Of a stretch of DNA of 64,000 nucleotides, positions 8,699-20,599 are shown piece by piece. Position 1 is the stretch's first letter, and every line of letters starts with the position of its first letter. Below the pieces are notes generated by a model. The model had not been told where the DNA came from. It ran no database searches and saw nothing but the letters and a program-made list of their open reading frames with translations. The position numbers and the translations under genes are program-made. Source of the DNA: Dehalococcoidia bacterium (GTDB taxonomy: Bacteria > Chloroflexota > Dehalococcoidia > Plut-88900); assembly GCA_965197585.1 (NCBI GenBank), contig OZ240215.1:2784001-2848000 (forward strand), given 5' to 3'.

Positions 8699-10363
8699 TT
8701 AGCCGGGCCCCGCCTCCGGGGCCGCTTCCTTAGTGACTTGGTGCCTCTTACGCAGCGGTATCTCCTTCAGGCCAACCAGGACCACTGCCCCAAGAACCGC
8801 AAACACGGACGCCACGATGAACACTTCCTGGATGGACGACGCCAGGCTCTCTCTCATGGCCTCCACGACCGACTCTAAGACCGCACTCTCTCCGAGACCC
8901 TCCAGCCGCTCCTCCAGCATGGCGCGGGCCTCAGGGCTGATGAGGGCGTTGGGGTCACCGAGGTCTTCGGTCAGCGCTGTGCCCATCAGCTCACGGGTCT
9001 CGGGGGAGAGGTTGGCGGCGAGGTGGGTCGAGAGCCGGGAGGCCAGCAGCGAGCCCATCACGGCCACGCCCAGCGAACCGCCAATGCTCCTGAAGAACTG
9101 CACGAAGGCGGTGACCAGCCCCATGAGCCCGTAGGGAAACGCATTTTGCACCACTATGGTGAACAGTGGGAAGGTTATGCCCAGTCCCGCACCCACTATC
9201 ACCATGTTTCTGGCCATCACGCCGCTGGACGTCGTGCTGTCCATAGTTGCCAGCAGAATCACCCCTGTCGTCATCACGCCCATGCCGAGCAGGGCGAGGT
9301 ATCTATAGCGGCTCCAACGGGACAGGGCCAGCCCTGCCAAGGTGCTGCTGACAACCGCGCCGAGCATCATAGGTGTCAGGACCAGCCCGGAGTTGGTTGC
9401 GGAGTCACCGAGTACACCCTGCCCGAAGAGGGGGACGAATATGATGATCCCGAACATGGTCATCCCGCTGAAGAACGTTGACACGGCGACCACGGTGAAT
9501 ATCCGGTTCTTAAAGAGCGAGAGGGGCAGGAGGGGTTCCGGGGCGCGGGTCTCGATTAAGAGGAACATCAGCAGCATCGCGGCTCCAAAAACCAATGGCA
9601 CAACGACCTGGGGCGAGCCCCACGGGTATTGTTGCCCGGCCAGAGAGACGCCCAGCATCAACGGGAGCAGACCGCCGATCAGTGCGGCGGCGCCCCAGTA
9701 GTCGACCTTCTGGTTTAGACCTGTCCGGGACATCGATGGCATGGCGGCGATGAGGGCAATTAGCGCTACGCCTCCTACCGGCAAGTTAATGTAGAAGATC
9801 CAACGCCAGCTGAGGGTGTCGGTGAGGTAACCGCCGACGAGGGGGCCGACGATGCTGGCTATTCCGAAGACGGCGCCGATCAACCCTTGCCACTTTCCTC
9901 GCTCGGCGGGAGGGAAGATGTCGCCGATGACGGTGAAGGTGTTGGACATCAAGACGGCCGCCCCGGCCCCCTGCACCCCCCGGAAGATGATGAGCTGCAG
10001 CATATTCTGGGATACGCCAGCCAAGGCCGAGCCCAGCAGGAACACCGCTATCCCGATAATGAACAGCAGCCTTCGCCCGTAGATATCCGACATCCGGCCC
10101 ACGACCGGCACCAGGGAAGTCGACATTACGAGGTACGCCACCACTACCCACGATATCTGGCTAATGCCTCCAAGGTCTGTGACGATACGCGGCAGGGCCG
10201 TCGCCACGATGGTCATGTCGAGGGCCGCGAGGAAAAGGCACATCATCGTGCCGAGGAGGATGAAGACGATGCGGGTTCTACTGAGTCTTCCGGCAGAGGC
10301 CAAGGCCGACGTCGCGTCTGACTGCTCGGTGGGTCCAGTCTTTTGCGCGTCCGACTTGTTCAT
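8699..10363 (-). CDS. MFS drug-resistance transporter (DHA2/EmrB-QacA type)
   Basis: [34 protein letters not shown]; start placed at MNKSD after GGAGAG. Confidence 0.92.
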   Translation of the reverse strand: MNKSDAQKTGPTEQSDATSALASAGRLSRTRIVFILLGTMMCLFLAALDMTIVATALPRIVTDLGGISQISWVVVAYLVMSTSLVPVVGRMSDIYGRRLLFIIGIAVFLLGSALAGVSQNMLQLIIFRGVQGAGAAVLMSNTFTVIGDIFPPAERGKWQGLIGAVFGIASIVGPLVGGYLTDTLSWRWIFYINLPVGGVALIALIAAMPSMSRTGLNQKVDYWGAAALIGGLLPLMLGVSLAGQQYPWGSPQVVVPLVFGAAMLLMFLLIETRAPEPLLPLSLFKNRIFTVVAVSTFFSGMTMFGIIIFVPLFGQGVLGDSATNSGLVLTPMMLGAVVSSTLAGLALSRWSRYRYLALLGMGVMTTGVILLATMDSTTSSGVMARNMVIVGAGLGITFPLFTIVVQNAFPYGLMGLVTAFVQFFRSIGGSLGVAVMGSLLASRLSTHLAANLSPETRELMGTALTEDLGDPNALISPEARAMLEERLEGLGESAVLESVVEAMRESLASSIQEVFIVASVFAVLGAVVLVGLKEIPLRKRHQVTKEAAPEAGPG

Positions 10364-10488
10364 ATCTCTCCGGCTGCTGAAGCGAGTAGGGGCCACAGCG
10401 ATGCTACGACGCCGAGGTCGGCAAGTCAAAAGCGCAATTGCCGGTGCTATCATGCACACACATTTCGCCATCTCGAAAAGCCGCTTAC

Positions 10489-12030
10489 ATGACAGAGACA
10501 CGAAAGCTCGTACTGCATAACGCTAATGTGATAACCCTGAACCCGACCGCGCCACGGGCCACGGGGGTGGTGTGCGAGGGTGGGGTGATCACGTCAACAT
10601 CAGAGGTAGACGTACAATGCGCGCTCCGATCCGGGGAGTACGAGGAGATCGACTGTGAGGGGCGTACAGCGCTTCCCGGTTTCATTGATGCTCACGTGCA
10701 TTTTTTGGCATATGCCTCGTCTCTGACCGCGGTCGACTGTTCACCTCAGGCTGTATCCTCCATCCCCGACATCACAGCCGCCCTCAGCGAGCAGGCCAAG
10801 AGCACACCCGAGGGCGAATGGGTGCGGGGGATGGGCTACGACGAGTTTCGGCTCCAAGAGAAACGGCATCCGACACGCCGGGACCTCGACACGCTGATAC
10901 CCGACCACCCGGTTAAGCTAGGGCACAGGTCGGGGCACGGGACGGTGTTGAACGGTCGGGCCTTGACCCTCGCCGGGATCAGTATCGAGACTCCTGAACC
11001 TATTGCCGGTTTCATCGACAGGGACATCAACACGGGAGAGCCCACGGGCCTGTTCATAGACCTGGACGACTGGCTTGACGAGCGGCTTGGGCCGCAGCCT
11101 CGGGGTGACGAGATGGGACCTGCCGCCCGTCAAGCTGCCGAGGTCTTCCTGTCCAAGGGAATCACTTCCTTTCACGACGCCTCTCCCTGCAACTCCCTTA
11201 AACGGTGGAGCTTCTTTCAGTCGTTGGTCTCGGGGCCCGAGCCTTTCCCCCGTGCAACGCTCATGCCGGGATTTGCGCATTTGAGGGAGTTTGTCGGGGC
11301 GGGGTTGGGGTTTGGGGCGGGGGATGACAGGCTGCGGGTCGGGCATTGCAAGATAGTGCTGTCACAGGCGGGTGGGACACTCGAACCTTCGCCTCGGGAG
11401 CTCAGGGAGGCTGTGCAGGAGGCGGCGGAGGTCGGGTTTCCGGTGGCCATTCACGCCGTGGAGGAGGTGGAGGTAGAGGCCGCCATTGAGGCTATTGAGT
11501 CTGTGGATACTCCCAGACTAGCTCACCGAATTGAGCACGCGTCCATCTGTCCCCCGTCCCTCATAGCGAGGCTGAAGGCGAGTAACGTAACCGTCGTGAC
11601 CCAACCCGCCTTCGTATATCACAGTGGGGACAGGTATCTTGCCGAGCTGCCCAAAAGAGACGTAGCCAACCTCTATCCGCTAAGGGCATGGTTGGGCTCG
11701 GGGCTCAATGTTGCAGCGTCGTCGGATGCTCCGGTGACGCCGCCCGACCCGCTTCTCGGTATCCAGGCGGCGGTATTGCGCAGCGCTCGCACAGGCCAAT
11801 CAGTCTCCCGCGAGCATGCAGTATCCATAGCTGAGGCGATGACCCTTCACGGTAGCGCGGCGTCTCATTACGGGGGTCTCGGGGGGCGGGTGGGTGTGGT
11901 CAGGAGGGGCGCTTTGGCAGATTTCGCGGTGCTGGACCGGGACCCGATGAGTGTTCTTGCTGAGGAAATTGGTGGGATAGGGGTGTGGGTGACGGTTGTC
12001 GGGGGTGGGGTGGCATTCGGGGCTGGGTAG
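10489..12030 (+). CDS. Amidohydrolase 3 family (YtcJ-like)
   Basis: [33 protein letters not shown]. Confidence 0.9.
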   Translation: MTETRKLVLHNANVITLNPTAPRATGVVCEGGVITSTSEVDVQCALRSGEYEEIDCEGRTALPGFIDAHVHFLAYASSLTAVDCSPQAVSSIPDITAALSEQAKSTPEGEWVRGMGYDEFRLQEKRHPTRRDLDTLIPDHPVKLGHRSGHGTVLNGRALTLAGISIETPEPIAGFIDRDINTGEPTGLFIDLDDWLDERLGPQPRGDEMGPAARQAAEVFLSKGITSFHDASPCNSLKRWSFFQSLVSGPEPFPRATLMPGFAHLREFVGAGLGFGAGDDRLRVGHCKIVLSQAGGTLEPSPRELREAVQEAAEVGFPVAIHAVEEVEVEAAIEAIESVDTPRLAHRIEHASICPPSLIARLKASNVTVVTQPAFVYHSGDRYLAELPKRDVANLYPLRAWLGSGLNVAASSDAPVTPPDPLLGIQAAVLRSARTGQSVSREHAVSIAEAMTLHGSAASHYGGLGGRVGVVRRGALADFAVLDRDPMSVLAEEIGGIGVWVTVVGGGVAFGAG

Positions 12031-12054
12031 GGGAGGGGTGGGATAGGGCCAAGG

Positions 12055-12087
12055 GTACAAATTGAAGGTAGTACTTTCAATTTGTAC
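12055..12087. terminator. AT-rich inverted repeat between convergent units
   Basis: GTACAAATTGAA-N9-TTCAATTTGTAC. Confidence 0.4.
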
Positions 12088-12182
12088 TGCGGTCGTCCGC
12101 TGACCAGAAGAGAACCTGCGCCCACGTCTCCATAATCTACCTGACTAGTCCCAAAACCAAGGTCGATTTAAGGGCAAGCGCC

Positions 12183-13292
<1,110 letters not shown>

Positions 13293-13320
13293 AGATTCCT
13301 CGCGGGGCCTCGGAATGACA
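13293..13320 (+). repeat. REP-like 28-bp hairpin repeat AGATYCCTCGCGGGGCCTCGGRATGACA
   Basis: Copies at 811 (split by IS481), 13293, 27835, 32465, 48079, 56311, 59519. Confidence 0.9.
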
Positions 13321-13420
13321 GGTAAAGGGCGGACTCTACCCTGTAAAGGGGCGTCGGCTTGTGCGGTTGGAAAACACGCCGATGTATAGGAACACCCTCA
13401 CCCTCGCCCTATCCCATCAA

Positions 13421-13550
13421 GATCCCTTTGCGTAACTGCAGTTTGCAGCTTCTCTACCAGCCAGATCGCCTAACCTCCACCCCCGCTCATACTTCGAGAG
13501 CCTCAGCACGAGCGCCCCGGCCCCTCCAGCACAGGTTATGCAGAGGTCTC
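13421..13550. mobile_element. 130-bp MITE-like element
   Basis: Ends GATCCCTTTGCGTAAC / GTTATGCAGAGGTCTC; 5-bp TSD ATCAA. Confidence 0.65.
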
Positions 13551-13628
13551 ATCAAGGGAGAGGGGATGGGACGCCTCTCAATTTGCCTTTTGGAGGACTA
13601 CGAAAAGGTGGAGCAAGGCCGGATATCT

Positions 13629-14603
13629 TTAGTTCTTTCTGATGAGGACGTAGGGGGGGAGCTCCATGAGGGCTTTGCGGTATTGGGTGTCGGGGAGGGG
13701 GGAGAGGGCTTCCTCGGCTTTGCGGCAGAAGTCGGTGGCGATGGCGTAGGAGTCCTCGATAACCGAGGAGTTGTTGATCATCTCCAGGGCTCGCTGCAGG
13801 GGTTTGTCGTCCCCCGGGGCCTGGAAGATCGCCTTCACGGGATCTTCGTCAGGGTACCTTTCCTGGAGCAGCAGAGCCGGCAAGGTGAGTACACCATGGG
13901 CCAGGTCTGCGCCGACGGGTTTACCTACCTCTTTCTCCGTCCCCTGGAAGTCGAGAATGTCGTCGATTATCTGGAAGGCCATGCCCAGGCAGTAGCCGAA
14001 GGTGTGGAACCTTTCGACCGTGTCCTCGGGCGCGCCGCTCAGAATGGCCCCGGACTCTGCCGCAGTGGTGAAGAGCGACGCCGTCTTCTGACGGATCCTC
14101 TCGTAGTAGTCGTCCCTTCCGGTCGTCCAGTCAAAGGCGCCTAATCGCTCCTGCAGCTCACCTCGGGAAAGGTACATTATCGTCTCGGAGAAGAGGCGGA
14201 TGACCCTGACGTTCTCAGTGGCGCAGACGAAGGTCGCTGACTTGGCGAATAGGTAGTCGCCGACGAGTACCGCAGCGTTGTCTCCCCATAGGTTGCTGAT
14301 GGTCGGCTGGCCGCGTCGGATGGCCGCCTTGTCTATGGTGTCGTCGTGGACGAGGGTGGCTATGTGGAGAAGCTCGACGGCGCAGGCCATGAGCCGGGGT
14401 GAGGCGGGATCGTGGTCATGGAACTTGGAGGAGAGGATGGTGATGGCAGGCCTCGTGCCCTTGCCTATGCTTTTGAGAGCGTGGGCGAGCATGGCCGCGA
14501 GGCCGGGAAAGTCCTCTTCGGCGATGGCTACCAGGTCAGCCCTGACTAGGTTAAGCTCTTCCTTGATCGGTTTGTAGATAGACAGCGACTTGGCAGAGGG
14601 CAT
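13629..14603 (-). CDS. Polyprenyl diphosphate synthase
   Basis: FARM HDDTID...RRG and SARM FQIIDDILD. Confidence 0.93.
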   Translation of the reverse strand: MPSAKSLSIYKPIKEELNLVRADLVAIAEEDFPGLAAMLAHALKSIGKGTRPAITILSSKFHDHDPASPRLMACAVELLHIATLVHDDTIDKAAIRRGQPTISNLWGDNAAVLVGDYLFAKSATFVCATENVRVIRLFSETIMYLSRGELQERLGAFDWTTGRDDYYERIRQKTASLFTTAAESGAILSGAPEDTVERFHTFGYCLGMAFQIIDDILDFQGTEKEVGKPVGADLAHGVLTLPALLLQERYPDEDPVKAIFQAPGDDKPLQRALEMINNSSVIEDSYAIATDFCRKAEEALSPLPDTQYRKALMELPPYVLIRKN

Positions 14604-14618
14604 AGAAAGACGTTGTCC

Positions 14619-16289
14619 TTAGCCCGAGACCTGTTCCAGCCTGGCGGTCTCCACCTCGGCCACTTCATCTTCCAGTTTGGTGAACAGGGGTAAAGGCTTC
14701 TGAAGCTCGCGTCCAGGGACGGGAGCCTCGATATTCCACTCAGAGCGTTCGTCCAACTCACCCAGGCCCAGGTAGCCGTGCAGCTTCCGGGAGCTGAAGG
14801 GCAGGAACGGGTAGAGCATGGTCTTCAGGGCCGTGACAACGGAGATGGCACACCAGAGGGTTGTAGCAGCGGCGTCCTTGTCTTCCTTGACCTGTCGCCA
14901 GGGAGCTTTGCGGTCGAGGTAGCGGTTCGCCTCCTGGGCCAGGCCAACCGCCTGCCTGATCGCCTCCTTGAAACGGCACCGGTAAAGAAGATCGTCCACT
15001 TCGGCGAAAGTTTGGTTGATCTTGTCGAGCATATCCGTCTCGTCGGAAGAGAGGGGTCCGGGCGACGGGACCTTGCCATCGAAGTTCCGGTAGGTAATGG
15101 TCAGCACCCGGTGTACGAGATTGCCATAGGTGCCGACAAGCTCGCCGTTGTTCCTGCGCACGAACTCGCCCCACGTAAAGTCGGAGTCAGAGGTGTCGGG
15201 CATGTTAGCCGAGAGGTAGTACCTGATGAGGTCGGGTGGGAAGTTGTCCAGGTAGTCGTTGAGCCAAACGGCCCAGTTACGGCTGGTGGAAAGCTGCCTG
15301 CCGTCGATGTTCAGGAACTCGTTGGCGGGGACGTCATAGGGGATGGCTCGGCCGCCGTATCCGAGCAGGATCGCCGGCCAGATGATCGTGTGGAAGGGGA
15401 TGTTGTCCTTGCCAATGAAATAGTAGGTCTTGGCTCCGTCTCCCCAGAAGTCCCGCCACTTCTCGGGTGTGCCACGGTTTTTGGCCCACTCTATGCTTGC
15501 CGAAAGGTAGCCGATTACCGCTTCGAACCAGACGTATATTCTTTTGTCGTCGAGACCCGGTAAGGGAATCGGGATGCCCCAGTCGATGTCTCGGGTGATG
15601 GCCCTATCTTTCAGCCCGTCCTTGAGCATCTGAAGGGTGAAGTTCTGGACGTTGGGGCGCCAATGGTCCTGGGTCTCGACCCATTCGATGAGCCGGTCCT
15701 GGAAGGCGCTCAGCTTAAGGAAGTGGTGTTCCGACCTGCGTATCTCCGGCGTGGCGCCGCAGACGCGGCACTTCAGATCCAGGAGGTCGGTGGGATTGAG
15801 GGGCTTGCCGCAGGCATCGCACTGGTCGCCTCGGGCCCCGGCGTTACCGCAATTGGGACACGTACCTTCAACGTAGCGGTCGGGGAGGTAGCGGTTACAG
15901 CTGGGGCAGTGGGGGAGCATCATCCCATCTTTGTAGATGTACTCCTTGGAAAGAAGGTCCAGGAAGATATCCTGCACGACCTCCTGGTGATTCGCAGTCC
16001 GGGTGGTGGTGAAGAGGTCGAAGGAGATGCCCATCCGGTCCCAGGACTCGAGGAAGAGGGCCTGGAACTTATCCACGATCTCCTGGGGGGATACGCCTTC
16101 TTTCTCGGCGCGGAGGGTTATTGGGGTGCCATGCTGGTCGCTGCCCGAGACCATCAGGACCTCGTCGCCCTTGGCGCGATGGTATCGAGCAAAGATGTCT
16201 GCGGGGAGATATGCCCCGGCCAGGTGGCCCAAGTGTAAAGGGCCGTTGGCGTAGGGCCAAGCGACTGCTACTAAGATGCGTTCGGACAA
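14619..16289 (-). CDS. metG: Methionine--tRNA ligase
   Basis: PYANGPLHLGH, zinc knuckles, YVWFEA, GKDNIPFH, QLSTSRN. Confidence 0.96.
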   Translation of the reverse strand: MSERILVAVAWPYANGPLHLGHLAGAYLPADIFARYHRAKGDEVLMVSGSDQHGTPITLRAEKEGVSPQEIVDKFQALFLESWDRMGISFDLFTTTRTANHQEVVQDIFLDLLSKEYIYKDGMMLPHCPSCNRYLPDRYVEGTCPNCGNAGARGDQCDACGKPLNPTDLLDLKCRVCGATPEIRRSEHHFLKLSAFQDRLIEWVETQDHWRPNVQNFTLQMLKDGLKDRAITRDIDWGIPIPLPGLDDKRIYVWFEAVIGYLSASIEWAKNRGTPEKWRDFWGDGAKTYYFIGKDNIPFHTIIWPAILLGYGGRAIPYDVPANEFLNIDGRQLSTSRNWAVWLNDYLDNFPPDLIRYYLSANMPDTSDSDFTWGEFVRRNNGELVGTYGNLVHRVLTITYRNFDGKVPSPGPLSSDETDMLDKINQTFAEVDDLLYRCRFKEAIRQAVGLAQEANRYLDRKAPWRQVKEDKDAAATTLWCAISVVTALKTMLYPFLPFSSRKLHGYLGLGELDERSEWNIEAPVPGRELQKPLPLFTKLEDEVAEVETARLEQVSG

Positions 16290-16411
16290 TGCATAAGCCC
16301 TCTGGGGAACAGGATGATTCTAGCACGGGGTGGGGGGAGGGGCAATTCGGGGTGGATGTAGTTCTAGCAAGGGAATAGAATGGATAGAGAGGCCACGGTA
16401 GGAGGAAAGCG

Positions 16412-16864
16412 TTGATGCATACTCGCAAAAGGAGCCTGGTTGTAGGTGGAGTTGCCTTGTGCTTTATCGCTATCACTTTGTTGGGGGCTTGTAGTAAGCC
16501 GAATCCGACGCCTCTTCCGACGATAGCGTACACACCACCCCCAGCGCATACGCCACCCGCGGCTCCAACATATACGCCAATCCCAGAAAGTTACAACGGC
16601 GAGCCAGCCTGTTCGCGCATCCTTGGAGCAGTAAGAGACCATGAAAACGGGCGCATCTCTGAATCAGAGGCGTTTGCTCGATTGGACGGGGGATTCGACC
16701 TTCTTGACAATGCGGAACCCGAGATTGCTCAGGCGGGGAAAATACTTTTGAACGCTGTCACTGAACCACCCTTCCGTGGAGGTGGAGCGCTTAGACCATT
16801 CTATTCCCTATATTCAGAGGGTGTGGAATTCAGAGAACTCTGTCAGCACTATGGGTATTGGTGA
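16412..16864 (+). CDS. Hypothetical lipoprotein
   Basis: Signal peptide with LGAC lipobox; Pro/Thr linker; AGGAGG RBS. Confidence 0.7.
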   Translation: MMHTRKRSLVVGGVALCFIAITLLGACSKPNPTPLPTIAYTPPPAHTPPAAPTYTPIPESYNGEPACSRILGAVRDHENGRISESEAFARLDGGFDLLDNAEPEIAQAGKILLNAVTEPPFRGGGALRPFYSLYSEGVEFRELCQHYGYW

Positions 16865-16940
16865 GTTTTACTTTGACCAAGCATAAACTACTTCGGCAAC
16901 CTAGTCTGACTGGCAGCACAATGTTTACCCACCGATTTCC

Positions 16941-17156
16941 CTAAAGGTAAAAGGTGAGAGACTTCAACCGAAGTCCGGTTTCCTCTGTAAGCTTCCTCTT
17001 CGTAGTTATTGCCTGCGCTACATCTTCGAAATTTGCCCCACTATCCCGAACGATGTCTTCAAATGGCATCGTTAGCTCTTTTTCTCCCGAGGCCCTTCTA
17101 AGGTCTGAACGTTCACGTAAGAACCTGTATACGCGTACTGCGTCTCCGACTGCCAT
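16941..17156 (-). CDS. Small hypothetical protein
   Basis: Strong AAGGAGG RBS before ATG. Confidence 0.6.
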   Translation of the reverse strand: MAVGDAVRVYRFLRERSDLRRASGEKELTMPFEDIVRDSGANFEDVAQAITTKRKLTEETGLRLKSLTFYL

Positions 17157-17343
17157 AACTCCTCCTTGTTGCCGATTCGACTTGCAATCTATACCGTGTT
17201 ATCTACATTTACGCGTGTGTATACACTCGGTAGACTATATCCTTCTGCTAGTTAAGTAATTATTAAGATAAGCGGGGTGACGTCAAGTTACTCCCCCCTC
17301 CCCCCGGCCGCGCTATCCTAACCTCTAACCTAAAGGAGCCCCA

Positions 17344-17631
17344 TTGTTCAAACGTGCAGCACATCCGGGTGAAGTACTCAAGGACGAGTTGGAAGAGTTT
17401 GGGGTGAGCCAGGCGGCATTTGCCCGACAGATCGACGTGCCGCCGAATCGGGTTAGTCAGATAATCACCGGGAAGAGGTCGGTGACGGGGGACACGGCGT
17501 TGCGGTTCGGGCACTGGTTCGGGGTCGAGCCTCAGTTCTGGCTCAATCTCCAAAGCCAGTTTGACTTGGCTACGGCAGAACGCAGAAATGGGGCAGAAAT
17601 CAAGGCTTTACCCAAGGCGGTTCGGGAATAA
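17344..17631 (+). CDS. higA: HigA-family antitoxin (no toxin gene adjacent)
   Basis: HPGEVLKDE...GKRSVTGDTALR...FWLNLQ. Confidence 0.88.
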   Translation: MFKRAAHPGEVLKDELEEFGVSQAAFARQIDVPPNRVSQIITGKRSVTGDTALRFGHWFGVEPQFWLNLQSQFDLATAERRNGAEIKALPKAVRE

Positions 17632-17884
17632 CGAAGGGGAGGGAGGGGATCGGAGGTCTCCTCAGCATAAGTGGCGAATGTTACCCCCTCCCCGCGCATA
17701 CTTCGACGGGCTCAGCACGAGCGGCCCCTCCCCAGGGATGGATTCACACCTCAGCGCATCCTTGACCGGCTCGGGGGCCGGGATGACGGGAAGGGGATGT
17801 GAGAGAGAATTGGGGCGTTGCGTTTCTTCATTTGCCCACCTTCCCTTGCCGCGTTATCCTAGCCTCCGACCCAAGGAGGCCCCT

Positions 17885-19174
17885 TTGCCAAGCAATACAC
17901 GCTACCGTTCAGCCCGAGGCACGGAAGATATCCTGCCCGACGCCCAGCCACGATGGCGCAGTGTCCGGGACACAATGGTCTCGGTGTGCGAGCGCTATTC
18001 GTACGGCCAGATAGACACGCCGATCTTCGAGGACTACAACCTGTTTGTGCGGGGAGTCGGGGAGGTTACGGATATCGTGGAGAAGGAGATGTACCTCATC
18101 CCCGACAGGTCGGGAAGCGACACCCTGGCCCTCCGTCCCGAGGCCACCGCCGCCGTGTGCCGCGCCTACCTTCAGCACGGCCTCCACACCCGACCTCAGC
18201 CCATACGCCTATACACGGTCATGGCCCCGATGTTCCGCTACTCCAGGCCGCAGTCGGGGAGGCTTAGGCAGTTCCACCAGTTGAATGTCGAAGCGATAGG
18301 CGATCCGGACGCGACTGTCGATGCGGAGATTCTTGGGCTCTGCTGGCAGGTTTTCGCAGAGCTGGGACTATCGGGCCTCACGCTCCAGCTGAACAGCATT
18401 GGCGATGCCGCGTGCCGTCCCGCATACGTTCAGGCGCTCAAGTCTTACTACGGAGACCGGGTCGAGCAGCTGTGTCGGGACTGCACGGCGCGGCTGGACA
18501 GGGCGCCACTACGGCTTCTCGACTGCAAGGAAGAGAGATGTCAGCCGTTTATCGAAGGGGCGCCCCGCAGCCGCGACCACCTCTGCGCCGAGTGCGAGGC
18601 TCACTTCGCAGACCTGGTCGGCTTTCTGGAAGGCATGGACGTGCCCTTCGTTCTCGACCACCGGCTGGTCCGGGGGCTCGACTACTACACCCGTACGGTA
18701 TTCGAGGTGCAGACCACGGCAGAAGGGGGTCAAAACGCGCTCGGGGGTGGAGGGAGGTACGACGGGCTGATAGAGGAGATCGGGGGTAAGCCGACGCCGG
18801 GTGTCGGGTTTGCGATGGGGATCGAGCGGATCATTCTCAACCTGGAACGGCAGTCGGTGGCGGCTCCCGAGCCACAATTGCCCTCGGTCTTCGTGGCCTA
18901 CGTGGGGCAGAAGGCGAGGGAGCGGGCGGTTGTGCTGTCCGCGGAGCTGGTAAGGGCCGGTATTGCGAATGTGCTCGGGCCGGCGTCCAAGAGTCTGAAG
19001 GCGCAGTTGCGGCAGGCGGGGGGGATGGGAGTGCCATACGTGGCGATTATCGGAGAGGATGAGGCGGAGCGAGGGGTGGTTACGCTGCGGAATATGTCGG
19101 AGAGGACACAGGGGGAGGTTGGGGTGGGGGGGCTGGCGGGGTTGCTTTGTCCGGGACCACCCTCACTCTCCTGA
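17885..19174 (+). CDS. hisS: Histidine--tRNA ligase
   Basis: RGTEDILP, VEKEMY, LRPEATA, RGLDYYT, GGGRYDGL; TTG start after AAGGAGG. Confidence 0.96.
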   Translation: MPSNTRYRSARGTEDILPDAQPRWRSVRDTMVSVCERYSYGQIDTPIFEDYNLFVRGVGEVTDIVEKEMYLIPDRSGSDTLALRPEATAAVCRAYLQHGLHTRPQPIRLYTVMAPMFRYSRPQSGRLRQFHQLNVEAIGDPDATVDAEILGLCWQVFAELGLSGLTLQLNSIGDAACRPAYVQALKSYYGDRVEQLCRDCTARLDRAPLRLLDCKEERCQPFIEGAPRSRDHLCAECEAHFADLVGFLEGMDVPFVLDHRLVRGLDYYTRTVFEVQTTAEGGQNALGGGGRYDGLIEEIGGKPTPGVGFAMGIERIILNLERQSVAAPEPQLPSVFVAYVGQKARERAVVLSAELVRAGIANVLGPASKSLKAQLRQAGGMGVPYVAIIGEDEAERGVVTLRNMSERTQGEVGVGGLAGLLCPGPPSLS

Positions 19175-19288
19175 GCGAGCCCACGGCTCTTCTCGGCGAG
19201 TCTTCGGCTCTAGCTCTCTCACGTCGAGGGGCCTTTGTGTAACTGGTCTGTAGAGGTCCGGAACACCCTCACCCTAGCCCTCTGCCAT

Positions 19289-20555
19289 TGTACAGACCGG
19301 GGACATGGGTAACAGTTGTTCGGGGAGATAGGTAACACATTCTATCGACTTAGATCTATGGTAGCGATGGGCTGCACGGAGAAAAAGACCTTCCATGTTC
19401 CATCGTTGGCCGTGGGCCTCAGAGCGACCCGCCTGTTTCTGAAGGCTTTACCGACAGGGAGTGATCTGCCCAGAAAGGATATTCGGCCGTTGACATCGAC
19501 GGAGCGTACCTGGTCATCAGTATCATACTCGACGGCTGGAAGGGCCTCCGGGAAAGGCCGAGGGCTGATGGCGTATCTGCTGGCAGGGGTATCGAGGTCC
19601 AGGGCGTGGTGAGGCCGCTTGAGGTTGTAGAAGTCTCTCCACCTGTCGAAGCTGCTCTGGCAGTGGGACAGGTTGGTGTATTTACTTCCCTGGAGCAGTT
19701 CCGTCTTGAGAGACCTGTGGAAGCGCTCGAGCTTGCCGAGGGTCTGGGGATGGTATGGCCTGCTGTGTACCACCCTGACTCCCAGTTGAACCAGCCAGAC
19801 GGTGAGCGGGGTGAAGGGGTGGTAGAAGTCGCTGCCCCAGGGGGAGCCATTGTCTACCAGTATCGTGTTGGGCATGCCGTAGCTGCGGAAGATGGACGTG
19901 AGATGGTCATGGACGGTCTGAGTCTTCTCGTCTGCACAAGCCCTCACGCCCAGGGAGAACCTAGAATGGTCGTCCAGTACCGTCAGTGGGTGACACCGCC
20001 CACCACTGTCTACTGGGATATGCCCCTTGAAGTCCATTTGCCAAAGGTCGTTGGGCCGTTGGTGCTCGAAGCGCCTGTACGGCTTGTGCTTGAGGCTGTC
20101 CGCCGGCTCTATAAGTCGATGTCGCCTGAGGATGGCCGTGACCGTGCTCTTGGACGGCACGCCGTTGTGACCACTATCCTTGAGTATCCTGGCCAGTACG
20201 TGTCCTCCCTTGGTAGGGTGCTTCCTACGAAGGTCTACGACGAGCTGCTCCATCTCGGCGCCCGTGCGGTTCGGGGAGTGACGGGGACGCTTCGGGAGAT
20301 CATCCAGACTCTGCTCTCCGCCTTCGAGATATCGTCTCAGCCACTTGTAGCCGGTCTTGCGGCTGATCCCACTGCGCAGACACAGTTCGCTCATATTCAC
20401 ACCCTCGGACTGTGCCAGGGCGACAAACTCTTCGCGTTGAGACATGGCACTTGCAACCTTCCATGGCATGAAAACCCTCCTGAATCAGATTTACCATGCC
20501 TTATGGTGTAACCCATGTCTCCGAACATGTGTAACCTATGTCCCCGGTCTATACA
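19289..20555 (-). mobile_element. IS481-family insertion sequence (second type)
   Basis: TGT...ACA ends; TIRs TGTAYAGACCGGGGACATRGGTWACA with internal tandem repeat; near-TSD GCCAT/CCCAT. Confidence 0.9.
19342..20469 (-). CDS. IS481-family transposase
   Basis: MPWK start, HTH ISRKTGYKW, WQMDFKG, DNGSPW, HPQTLGKLERFH. Confidence 0.93.
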   Translation of the reverse strand: MPWKVASAMSQREEFVALAQSEGVNMSELCLRSGISRKTGYKWLRRYLEGGEQSLDDLPKRPRHSPNRTGAEMEQLVVDLRRKHPTKGGHVLARILKDSGHNGVPSKSTVTAILRRHRLIEPADSLKHKPYRRFEHQRPNDLWQMDFKGHIPVDSGGRCHPLTVLDDHSRFSLGVRACADEKTQTVHDHLTSIFRSYGMPNTILVDNGSPWGSDFYHPFTPLTVWLVQLGVRVVHSRPYHPQTLGKLERFHRSLKTELLQGSKYTNLSHCQSSFDRWRDFYNLKRPHHALDLDTPASRYAISPRPFPEALPAVEYDTDDQVRSVDVNGRISFLGRSLPVGKAFRNRRVALRPTANDGTWKVFFSVQPIATIDLSR

Positions 20556-20599
20556 CCCATCGAAAGGAGAGGGGATTGGACCCCACCCTGGATTCTCTA

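Noticed and set aside
17561-17884. 108-aa N-terminal extension of HisS in the ORF track
   Set aside because: Runs through higA and repeat DNA; a strong RBS precedes TTG at 17885.
19167-19208. Tandem 21-nt units and dispersed repeats as a CRISPR array
   Set aside because: No regular repeat-spacer periodicity and no cas genes.
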